From assembly GCA_024626585.2 (NCBI GenBank), contig JANKJI020000002.1, positions 104,193,845-104,211,585 on the forward strand: a stretch of DNA of 17,741 nt, in the 5' to 3' direction. The first letter of the stretch is position 1; every line of letters starts with the position of its first letter. Of the stretch, positions 1 through 10,872 are shown in pieces. This stretch comes from Ginkgo biloba. Lineage: Eukaryota > Plantae > Ginkgophyta. The position numbers were made by a program, and so were the translations under genes. The notes beneath the pieces were generated by a model, which did not search any database, was not told the DNA's origin, and saw only the letters and a program-made list of their open reading frames with translations.

Positions 1-60
1 TATATAATTTATATATTAAAATTGATATTACAAAATATACTTTATATTATAAAATACATT

Positions 61-420
61 AATTGGTTAATGTGAGTGACAATTATGTAACAGTGGTTAC
101 AGTAGTGTAACCATTAAGAAACCACTACATAACAATGGTTATGCTATCGTAACCATTGTTATGTAGTGGTCACTCATAGTGACACTATTATGCAGTCATT
201 ATAATGAGTAATTACTATGGAGCAATGGTTACATGTCACTCGATGTGAAACCACTATTTTGTAGTGGCTACTTAATTTAATCACTGTATAATAGTGGTCA
301 TTATGAGTGACCACTATTTTAATAGTAATTGATATAACCATTATGAAATAGTGGTCACTTATAGTGACCACTTTTATATATCAATTACAATGAGTAACCA
401 TTACAAAATAATGGTACTCT
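61..420. repeat. Foldback array of a ~13-15 bp monomer (consensus ~ATAGTGGTYAC) in alternating orientation
   Basis: Perfect 21-bp inverted repeat 121-141/150-170. Further perfect stems at 94-101/106-113, 290-300/308-318 and 350-359/363-372, with degenerate copies between them. Confidence 0.85.
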
Positions 421-780
421 TGTATTATGAAATTGCTATAGTATATTATTATATAACATTAAAATAAAATTAAATTAGGGTAAATTATTTTACAACATTG
501 AAACAACAAAACTGAGTATGGAATAGATGGTCCAAAACTGTACCAAAAATGTGCTTGAACCTGTGTGTGTGTAAAATTTTAGTGAAAATCTGTGTCAAGT
601 TCAGCAGAGCAAAATTGAGTGTTAAGGCAGTTAAGGATGAATCTAATGATGCTTAATTTATTTATTACTCAGCATATTCTCTGGTTAAGTAGCGACCATT
701 TGAAGAAAATTCCCATTCCATGGCTTTGTTTGGGTTTGTAGACATCAATGATTAGACTGACATTCCCTAATCTCAGCTCC

Positions 781-796
781 GGTCCCACCCTGTCTC
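781..796 (+). promoter_or_regulatory. Adjacent class I TCP-type site (GGTCCCAC) and ARF AuxRE (TGTCTC)
   Basis: ggtcccac at 781-788 matches GGNCCCAC. tgtctc at 791-796 is the canonical AuxRE. Motif match only. Confidence 0.3.
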
Positions 797-2701
797 TTTT
801 CTTTTCTGAACTTTATCCTTGAGACTGTATATGCCCCCATGCTCTATTGGTCGCATTAAAAGCCGAATATGAAGTTGAAGTCAAATACTGTCGTCTTGTA
901 CAAAGGGTGTCATGAAGTCACCATAATAATTTAAATTTGCTACCCTTAGAACACTGTGTGTTTAAACTCCATGGTCATAACATATTAATTTGTTCCCTTT
1001 AACTTTATAAAAAAAGACTTTTAAAAATATAAGCGCCTCCCTTTAACTTTAAACCATATGCCTCCGCCATGTGACCTAGGTTGTAATACTTGAATAATTT
1101 AATTGTAAACCTTATACTATGCAAATAATTGTTTCATACGCTTCGCGCGTTCTCCTCGGCTCTGTGCGTTTCCGTGATGCACAATACAACGCGTTAGTTC
1201 CCCGCAGTCTGTGCAACGCAACGAATGGTTTCTGGCTACAAAATGTGCGGCTTCTCCCGTATTCAATCTCTGTAGTTCATCGCCCCATGATGGTTCTCGA
1301 AATGTCGCCTAGCAATTTGGCGCCAAGCAGGGTTGAGCGGCAGATGCAAAAGAAACGTGAAGTACCCCATAGTGGTGACGGTTCGTTCCAGTCGCAACAA
1401 CCAGCAGATTTAGACCCGATATGAACCGATAGGAACTGAAGCGTCTCTATCTTCAGTAAAGGAAAGGTCTCCATTCTTAAATTTAGCAAAGAAGCTGAAG
1501 CGGCCGGTTCTGTTGAATCTTCTCTCCATACACTTGTGTACATCCGCCAAAACTTACAAATCAATAATCCCTGCTATATATTGCTTTTGGTTCATTCGAG
1601 GTTACCCGCTGCAAGCCATCTTTGTGTATGCCCTCGGTAGAATTCACTTGCTCTACATAACCACCATTCGTTCGGCCACCCTGCTGCTGTCACCCAGCGG
1701 TTTTGAAACGAACAATGGTCACACCATTAACTACACAGGTTCGAAGAAAGGCAACGACACCAAATGTTGTTGTCCACAAGTACAGATTTGAGAAGAGATC
1801 CAGTCGCCAATGAAAGAGAGGGAACCCAGAGTAAAGAAACAACGTATTTTATTAATGGTGATTCATTACAGAGAGAACAAGGGGAGGTAGCCCTTGGGCC
1901 AACCCAGGGGTGCCCCTAACTGTTACACCAGGATATCGATCGATTGCTTGCTNNNNNNNNNNNNNNNNNNNNNNNNNNNNNNNNNNNNNNNNNNNNNNNN
2001 NNNNNNNNNNNNNNNNNNNNNNNNNNNNNNNNNNNNNNNNNNNNNNNNNNNNTTAAATTATAGGATGTTTACCTTCAAAAAATTCAAGAAATATTCTTCA
2101 TACATATATAGTTACAACATTCTACTAGCATTTAAGATGACTAGTATAGTACAATAATAATACTCCTTAATTAAGATTTTCATTCCCAATACTTATCAAA
2201 ATATATGAATTTTTATAAAAATGGCCTATTTCATAGGTTTAGAATAAAAATATTAATAATTCTAATTAATTTCTNNNNNNNNNNNNNNNNNNNNNNNNNN
2301 NNNNNNNNNNNNNNNNNNNNNNNNCTCAAAAGGAAATTATAATTTAGGAGAAGGAGAGAGCTTGCACCATTGAAGGAATATATAAGGAGACAGTTTGCAC
2401 CTATGCTAATGTAAAAAGAGATGTTTTATGGTTTTGATTCAAAGGGAATAAGAGAGAAATAAAATAACTATTGGAATCCATTTATGTATATAAGAAATAT
2501 CTACAATAATAGCTTATGGACATTGAATCAATATTTTTCAATCCTAATTATTTTTTAATTAAAATGTGTTCAATGTGTTTACAACCAATTTTATTTTGTA
2601 TTCTTTTATTATATTAAGGAATAAATTCAATTCCCATTAAAGGAAATATTAGATCAAAAGGACAAGCACCAATTATTATGGTTGACCTAGAGATAGAAAC
2701 A

Positions 2702-3075
2702 ATACTTAAATTTGATGGTGCCTCAAAAAATAACTTGGGAAGATCTAACATTAGGGGATGTATCATACTATTAAAGGAGAGTAGAGCGATAATTTATTCT
2801 ATGAGAATAGGAATTTACACAAATAATATTACATATTGGGAGGATTTCCTCTAGGGACTAGAGTTGGTTCAAAGTCTTAAACTAAAAAAATTTTTGATCT
2901 TGGGTGATTCAAAACTAGTAATTAATTGGGTTTTGGGGAGATGGAGAAAGGTGTCATGGCCTTTAGAAAATATTTGGGAAAGGGTTAAAAATATCGCTAA
3001 TAATTTGGATAGTTAACCTTACACCACATACATTGTACTCAAAATAATATGGCGGGCCACCTTGCTAACGTAGGT
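2702..3075 (+). pseudogene. Decayed archaeal-type RNase HI domain (RVT_3/aRNH) of a retroelement (L1 LINE or Tat-clade LTR element)
   Basis: ILKFDGASKNNLGRS...IGIYTNNITYWEDFL*GLELVQSLKLKKFLILGDSKLVINWVLGRW...(frameshift ~3013)HHIHCTQNNMAGHLANVG matches FDGASxxNPG / TNNxAE / GDSxLVI / HxxRxxNxxADxLAN. Stop at 2852-2854. The catalytic Glu and the last Asp are lost. Confidence 0.88.
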
Positions 3076-5033
3076 ACAAACCTTACAAAGGGAGATTTAA
3101 AATTGATGACAACGCATTTTAATGGGGCATTGAAAATCCTTCAATCACATAAATAAGGTTTATTACACTAGGGAGATGGCACAAGTTGGATCATTAATAT
3201 ACTTGCTCATCACTCTGACTAGATATTATTGGCAACCTATATTAGTCTTATGGTGCATGAGTATTAGTGGCTTGATTAGGTTGGATTCCCTCTCAAGGAT
3301 AGCTCACGAGAAGACAAGTGAATTAGAATATTACAAAAGTATGAATTCAGAGAGGGAAACTCAAGACCCTCCTCTTATAAAGGGAAGAAAAATATGTATA
3401 GGTTGGAAGCTAAGATATTTGATAACACCAACTACAGGATGGATAATATAGAGAAGGATTTAAAGAAAATGCATAAGGTAGTTTCCAAGTTAACTAGTGG
3501 TTTTTAAACAATTATCATAACAAACCTCTATGCCATGCACATGATGGCCCATATGACTACTTAGGATAAATACATATTGAAATAATTTAGAGGGTTGGAA
3601 TAAAATATTCTTCATCTAATCATATGATCCTACACATATCGATCAAATCTAAAAAGAGNNNNNNNNNNNNNNNNNNNNNNNNNNNNNNNNNNNNNNNNNN
3701 NNNNNNNCAACTCCCCCTTAAAAAGAATACCTTAGGTAATGTAAAAAGATTTAATTCCATTTAAATGTATAATTTTATTAAGTCTTGGTTCCTTCTTCTA
3801 GGTATTATGGTTTTTCTTCGATTCTGACCTTCCTTCTTCTCTGGTTGTTAGTTTTCTTCAAGCCATTTTATGAACCTATTTTGGTTCATCTCTATATTCA
3901 GTTTTAGAAATCTTTAGTCAATGTAGACAACCCAATTTTGGAGGGTTTCTTGTAATAGCCCTAGAAATTACTAAAGTGGTTATATTATAACCCTATACAA
4001 TTTCAATTATAATATAATCTTTCTTTTATGATAGAAAAAAACATTAATCCATAAGTGTTAATTCACTTGTAAATAAATATAGTAAGTTTTCTCCTATTCT
4101 ATTTACTAAAAAAAAAAACTATAGGTATTACTCTTTAGAAAGAAACTAGTATATAATAAGTAATAATTATTTTATTATACATAGATATTAAATATCTAAA
4201 CAAATTATATGTTCAAATATTATAACTATATTTATCATTTACTTTCTATGATTTTTACATATATAATTCCTANNNNNNNNNNNNNNNNNNNNNNNNNNNN
4301 NNNNNNNNNNNNNNNNNNNNNNNNNNNNNNNNNNNNNNNNNNNNNNNNNNNNNNNNNNNNNNNNNNNNNNNNAGGATAGAAATAGAAGAGTAGAGGAAGA
4401 ATATTGATATTTGGGGTTCATAGCAATTGCTCAAAATTTTTCTTTAAAAAACTAAAAAAACATAGGGTAAGCAAATAACCAATGCATTCAAATTCATGTA
4501 ATTATACAATATTATATGAAAAATAAATTCCTTTTTTGGAAGATTGCATAATTTCATGAATTTCATTGTCTTTTTAGGAAGATTACATCACAAAGTAAAT
4601 TATAAAAACTTGTGCTCTATATTTTTGTGTCCATGGAGGCACTTTGCCTCAAATAACGATTATAAAGCCTAATAACAATAATAATAAATGTTTCTCTAGT
4701 AAAAACTTAAGGAAAATAATTTTCACAATGAGATGTTGAATTTCTAATATTATATATATTTATCTTGATTTTAATTCTTTTACTTTGATCATAATAATCC
4801 TTGTAGGCCAAGAAACTAAATTTGTATCCCATGGATTCTAAATATATTCTAGTGGAGTGAATGAAACACCTCTATGCAACTTATAATATTTTCACAATTG
4901 TCTTTAAATTTTTTTTCTAAGAGTGGGGATCAATTTTGATTTCAATTTTTAAATGACTATAACAATTTTCTCAGAGAGTATACTCTAAATCTAAATCTAA
5001 GAATCAAAGTCATTGCACATTCACATTAAAATA

Positions 5034-5385
5034 TAGCCAACAATGTCCATAGTTTGATAGAATTCAACTCTCTCCAATATCATTAACTTATGAAAACTTA
5101 AAATAAATTCTTTGGCTCTCATGTCTATATATTTTCCTCTAAAAATTCTTCACATTATAAATATAGTGTTATTTAAAATTATTATTGCATGAGCTTTTGG
5201 TGAGAGCTAGGAACGCAATAATACAAAACCATAATAACTTATTTATGTGTAATACCTCATAACTAATTATTTCCCACTAGCCAACATTTCTTTCATAACT
5301 TGTGACACAATTCAAATCTCTCTAATATCATTCACTTATTTAAAAAATTTAGTAATCAGCGTTGGCCTATATGTATTCTTCATAA
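5034..5385. repeat. Degenerate direct repeat, period ~244 bp
   Basis: tagccaaca...attcaactctctccaatatcattaacttat (5034-5091) versus tagccaaca...attcaaatctctctaatatcattcacttat (5278-5339). Similarity continues weakly to the ttggc...tatat segments. Confidence 0.6.
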
Positions 5386-5639
5386 TATATTATTAATTAT
5401 GTCATCGTTTTACTTATTGATCCTCTTATATTCTTCATTTTTAATATCGTGATCTGAATTAACACCTTGGCATTACATCTAACATAAGATAAGGCAATAT
5501 CAATATAATTCTTACACNNNNNNNNNNNNNNNNNNNNNNNNNNNNNNNNNNNNNNNNNNNNNNNNNNNNNNNNNNNNNNNNNNNNNNNNNNNNNNNNNNN
5601 NNNNNNNNNNNNNNNNNTTGTGGTTGGTGAAGTATTAAA

Positions 5640-6300
5640 TTCACTATTACCCCTTCTTCATAGGTGTTGAAGCCTCTTGTAAGTATTCTCCAACTACTAT
5701 CATTAATACTTGAATTTTAAAACTCATGCATTGATTACAATCTCTTTGTTTGTCTAGTATGCTTATGTGTGGAGTTATGAGTGGTTCAAGCATTAGTTAG
5801 TTGTTGCATGGGCTTACTATTGCCTATCATTAAGCATCGAGAATTTAGCGGTTTTTAGGCTTTTTTATCTTCTTACACCTTGTCAAACATTTCTAGTTTA
5901 TATGACCTTCCAACTCATCATCACTTGTCGATCAAGCCACAATAAACTTTTCAAGGCTTTTTGGACGATTTTGTACTTTCATGAATTTTATCGAATGCAA
6001 GTATGGTTTTCCATTATACCATAGCTTTCTAATGCAAAATGATCTAACTTAGCAATTTCCATCCTTATTGTTCCTCTCTTTTCTACAATTGTTCTTATCT
6101 CCCTAGATCTTAGCCACTAACATATGTATAGTAGCAATGTTCTTGGTCAATAGCCTTGGGTGTAGTTTTTTATAATTTCCTTTGCTCATGAATTGGAATA
6201 TGTTTTTTTGTGCATGTTGTTTCTTTTGATTGAGTTGAAACACTATGATTTTGTTGATCAAGCTCGTTGTCTCCAACTTGATGAAAACTCAAGTCCTAAC
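5640..6300 (-). mobile_element. Possible heavily decayed Ty3/Gypsy integrase C-terminus (GPY/F region) followed by a polypurine tract
   Basis: Minus-strand fragments RPRTL..WLR and (GP)FCIRKLWYNG resemble the GPY/F module. Purine run gaagaagggg on the minus strand at ~5650-5659. Many stops and frameshifts. Confidence 0.3.
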
Positions 6301-8300
6301 CTCCAAGGCTAACAGGGTTCTTTACATCAATAATGTGCATTTAAAGGATCCATGGATTTAAACTCAACATATGTCCATTGCCTTTAAACCCAAAACAAAA
6401 ATTAGCAACATTAAAAGCCGTGTGGTGGCAAGTCCCATTCCTTATCTAACACAAACTTTTAAACACAAAGATCAAAAATGAAATTAGAGAGAGCTCTATG
6501 ATTAGTTATATGCTATCAGGATAGGTCACTCATCATATGTGGATCCTAGATCCCATGTCCTTTACGTTTCGTGTGGGAAGGGACACCAACCAACCTTCCA
6601 GTTGGTAGGATCCCATGCCATAAATTAGTAGAATATGTAGGGGTTGAATTGTGGTTTGGGTAGTATTAGGTAACACTAATATTGATTGAGACTTGCGTCT
6701 TAGTCATCTTTTACGATTGTCAAGATTGTATAGACATACATGGCATGCAATGGAGAAAAGCATGCCCTGACTTGACCCAATGTTAGGTAAGTAGTGNNNN
6801 NNNNNNCGGATGTCCATTGCCCATCAAACGTATGTGCCAAAGTCAACGATTCGCCAGACAAATACCAATAACGATCCGAGTTAGTTGCCCGTTTTTCGTT
6901 CTTCGTACGAGTTAGGAGTATAAGTTCGGCACACAATCACATGATTGGAAGCCTAGACTTGGCCGCCGAATATATTCGCATTCTGCCCTGCCGTGTTCCG
7001 CTCTACACGTTCGAAACTAACCACATGCCACCTGTTTACTTTGACAAGGTGGACTTTCTCTCTGTTATCTTCCCCTTTAACGTTTTCCACGCGTTATTAT
7101 AATTACGTTTATCTTCGAATGTTTTATAGGAATTAGTGTCATTTTTGTTATTGTTCTCGTGTGGGTTCTAAAGAAGGATAGTGGGGCTCGGAATTTGACG
7201 TTTTACTTTATCAACCTAATTTTTTATGACATTGTGTAGTTATTGCACTTCATTTTACGTTTTTGAAAATTGATTAATTGTGAACTATGACGTGTAAAAA
7301 GTTTTCTACCACCATTCAAATCTAAAGTAGATCTACGAAATGACATTTCAAATTTCAATCCATAGTTATAATGTGTCAACCATGTAAGGGGGTGGGATTC
7401 CAACATGAAACATTGGACGAGGTGAAAAGGCGGNNNNNNNNNNNNNNNNNNNNNNNNNNNNNNNNNNNNNNNNNNNNNNNNNNNNNNNNNNNNNNNNNNN
7501 NNNNNNNNNNNNNNNNNNNNNNNNNNNNNNNNNTCCAGGGCCGTGCACGATGATTTTGCTTCGATTTGAAAAATTTGTCGAATATGACGTTGATTTATCG
7601 ATCCCTAACACCTCCTTCATTGATCTCTCATATTTTTGAGCTACCCTACAACCTTTTATAATTCAAATAGTAATCTATATGGTTCGTTTTGTCAGGAATG
7701 CTTCACGCCATCGATAAAGGCTCACGGGTTCTACTCTCATAGTGGTCTCCATAGATCTACAACATTTCTTAGGTATTAGTTTTTATGTTATCCTTATTCC
7801 ATGGAGCTCTCCCACAACGTGTTCTACAACACCCTCAATACCTTCTCCTCGGTGCCTTCGTTTAAGCCCACGAACCTGTGTTTCTTATAAAATGACATCT
7901 CATAGGCTAACATACCTCCATGAGCTTTCACATCAACACTCTTTGAAACTTTTTACCTGCTACCACACTGCTCTGCGACGTTCCTCACTATCAACATAAC
8001 GTTCATGTTCTATGGCATCATCCACGGCCTCAAAAACTCAACGACCCTCACATAGCTACTCTAGATTCCAATTGTTATCAACCCTTCATATCTCATGGCT
8101 TTACATAGCCATGATGGCACCAACATTTATCTTCAACATGAAAATAATTGTCTTGCATAGAATCCAATGAACTTTTCTATGGACACTAGGCTTTTAGTGT
8201 CTCCTCAAAGTTAATAATACCTTATAGAGACAACGTCCATGCATACGGATGGCATCTCCCTCGATTCAATCAACTTCAAACTTGCTCATAGTTATACCTA

Positions 8301-8661
8301 TGTGTCCCAAAGATTGTATTTGGAGGAAAACTTACATATCCCAATACATTTCTAAAGATTATAGTAAGTATATAACTTTTTAGATGCAGAGAAATATAGA
8401 CTCATTGACGTCTTTATGCAACATTAGTCAAAGAGTTATCTCGTTGAGATTCTAGTAGTTAACACATAAGTTTAAATATTCATTCTTATTTTTCTAAATT
8501 ATTAAATGGATGATCTACTATGTTTTATCCACTAGATAGATAAATATTTCATATAGTTATCAATTTCTTTCTTTATTAGAGCATTAACATTTAGGTCCAT
8601 TCGATATGGACTCTTTATTATTCCCTTTGCATCTAGCAATAGGTACAATTTTATAAAACCA
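8301..8661 (-). mobile_element. Second partial copy of the Ty3/Gypsy RT relic (paralog of 8863-9295)
   Basis: 8334-8661 aligns by eye with 8967-9295 at roughly 85-90% identity. 8301-8326 (tgtgtcccaaa...tatttggagg) matches 8863-8906 with extra deletions. Confidence 0.85.
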
Positions 8662-8761
8662 NNNNNNNNNNNNNNNNNNNNNNNNNNNNNNNNNNNNNNN
8701 NNNNNNNNNNNNNNNNNNNNNNNNNNNNNNNNNNNNNNNNNNNNNNNNNNNNNNNNNNNNN

Positions 8762-10772
8762 GTAAAGTTTAGTCCATAGGAATTCTTTACCTTGTTTAAC
8801 CAATTCTTCAATAGGAGTGATAATTTATGTACACTTCCTAATGAGCATCGTATAGTAGCTAGTGTGTCCCAAAAATACTCATACGTAAGTGACTTTATTT
8901 GGAGGTTATAGGTCAACAATTATAAAAATCTTCGCTAAATCAACCATTCTCCTATTTATGCAAACCACATATCCCAATACATTTCTAAATAGTATAGTAA
9001 ATATACAATTTTTTAGATGCAGAGAAATCTAGGCTCATTGACATCTTTATGCAACATTAGTCAAAGAGTTGTCTTGTTGATATTCTAGTAGTCAAAACAT
9101 AAGTTCAAATATTCATTCTTGTTTTTCTAAATTTTTAAAGGGATGATCCACAATGTTTTATCCACTAGATAGATAAATATTACATATAGTTTATCAATCT
9201 CTTTCTTTATTAGAGCATTAACATTTAGGTTCATTCGATATGGAATCTTTCTTATTGTCTTTGCGTCTAGCAATAGGTACAATTTTACAAAACCAAGTGA
9301 TTGCATAATTCCCTTTATATCCTTAAGGTCTTTCAAAAACACATCCTAGTATTCTTTTAGTAAGTTGACTATTTTATTAAGCTACTCCTTGTTCCAATAA
9401 TCCCTAATAGTTGCCATTTTTATTTCCATTTTCAACCCAATGTTCACCTTTTTATCATGAGTACCTACTTATGGTAGTTGGTGATTGTGTCGATTATTGT
9501 TTCATTTATTTGTCAATCTTTTTCAAACACCTCCTTTGAGAACTACTTTGGATTTAATCCCATCATTGACCTAATGTTCACCTTCTTTGTCTTGAGCACT
9601 TATTTATAACAATTAGTGATTGTGTTAATTGTTATTTCATCCACTCGACAATATTCCTCAATCGCCTGCTTCATGAACTACTTTGGCAGTGCCATGAAAT
9701 ATGGTGCATCTCCCTTGCCTTCATTCTTCCTCTATCAATTGACTTTGTAGCATGGTACTAGATGTTTCTCTATATTTATTATTAAAATTATTCACATTTA
9801 TCGATCATTTGCTTGCATCCTTAAATCAAACCTGCTTGATTGAATAAAGTACTTTCTTAATCTTTGGTCAGTCATCATAAAACCAAATTCACAAAATCAT
9901 ATTCAATATTTTTTCAATTGATGAATGTGGAGGGAACTCTTAGTGAATATATTTGCATTATGGAACAAGTATTAATGAATGAATGGCATTATGCAATAGT
10001 TTTACTTTTTCCCCTTTGCTAACTTTGGACCATTTAAACTTATATCTCTTAATATGCCTTTGAGGCTCTGCGATTCCTTGGCTCTCATAAACAACACAAT
10101 TAAACTTTTTTTAAAATTATTAAACAGTCTCTAGAACATAGAAGAAACTTTTGTCAAATAATTATGTAGTTGATGTGTCTCCGACCTATGAATTACAATT
10201 ATGCATGAGTCTCAAAATGGTTGCATTTGTTTCTCTTTAATCAATACCTTCAACAAGTTATTAAGGTGTACCTAAGGATTTGAAGTTTTATAATACCTTA
10301 ATTCTAATAGTATAGATTGGGATACCATTTAAATACAACTCACAATTATGAATTTCCATTAACTAACGAGGAACCTTGAAAATTAATCCTCGGTTGTTAG
10401 ACTAATGTATTCTTCATTAGTTGTTTCCACTTGGTAAATATTTTTAATGGCTTGTTAATCATATTAGTCATCTTGGTTCTTCATATTGTTCTCCCATCTC
10501 TAGTTTTAAATGAACAATCTTCTTCCCATTGAGTTTAAATTTCGTTCATTCTTATTTAGACTCAATGATTTGTGTATACTAATTCAATCTAAACATTCAA
10601 GCCTTCCTTTACAACTATCTTTATCCTTTGATGCACATGTTATATGTAGTAATTGTAGACATCTAAATAATATCATTATTTATATATCGTTACTCTATTA
10701 AAGGTTCTCTATGTCACTAATCAAATTCCTTTTTATTATATTAAATCTTGTCATGACATTATGCTCACCTCA
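8762..10772 (-). mobile_element. Decayed non-chromovirus Ty3/Gypsy pol fragment: protease C-terminus/linker, RT N-terminus and RT thumb
   Basis: Minus-strand peptides in order: GEQYEEP..IKNIYQVETTNEEYISLTTED (post-protease linker); KKVNIG..KMATIRDYWNKE*LNKIVNLLKEY*DVF; DAKTIRKIPYRMNLNVNALIKKEIDKL..FIYLVDKTLWI (ORF 9127-9342); VLGYVVC..MVDLAKI..PPNKVT..FLGHTSYY..IITPIEELVKQGKEFLWT. Many stops. 9700-10380 is not confidently assigned. Confidence 0.88.
9439..9686. repeat. 134-bp-period tandem duplication inside the Gypsy protease-RT linker
   Basis: aatgttcacctt...gtgattgtgt...gaactactttgg occurs at 9439-9551 and at 9573-9686. Confidence 0.8.
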
Positions 10773-10872
10773 NNNNNNNNNNNNNNNNNNNNNNNNNNNN
10801 NNNNNNNNNNNNNNNNNNNNNNNNNNNNNNNNNNNNNNNNNNNNNNNNNNNNNNNNNNNNNNNNNNNNNNNN

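Noticed and set aside
61-420. CRISPR-like array of palindromic ~30-bp units, and ORF 174-371
   Set aside because: No unique spacers, degenerate contiguous units, no cas genes, and a eukaryotic context. The ORF is a by-product of the repeat.
1119-1791. ORFs 1119-1424, 1277-1564 and 1513-1791 as genes or ATR3 exons
   Set aside because: They overlap on both strands, show no recognisable domain and do not resemble the expected ATR3 FAD/NADPH domains.
3176-3451. 91-aa ORF with a hydrophobic N-terminus
   Set aside because: It lies in a different frame from the decayed RNase H-linked frame and has no recognisable family, so it is likely chance.
3951-3962. TGTAATAGCCCT as an LTR start
   Set aside because: It resembles the 12493 terminus, but no good PPT, partner end or further similarity could be established.
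7604-7620. Minus-strand GAAGGAGG-TGTTAG as a Copia PPT plus LTR start
   Set aside because: No Copia RT/RNase H motifs (e.g. ADIFTK) are seen upstream on that strand.
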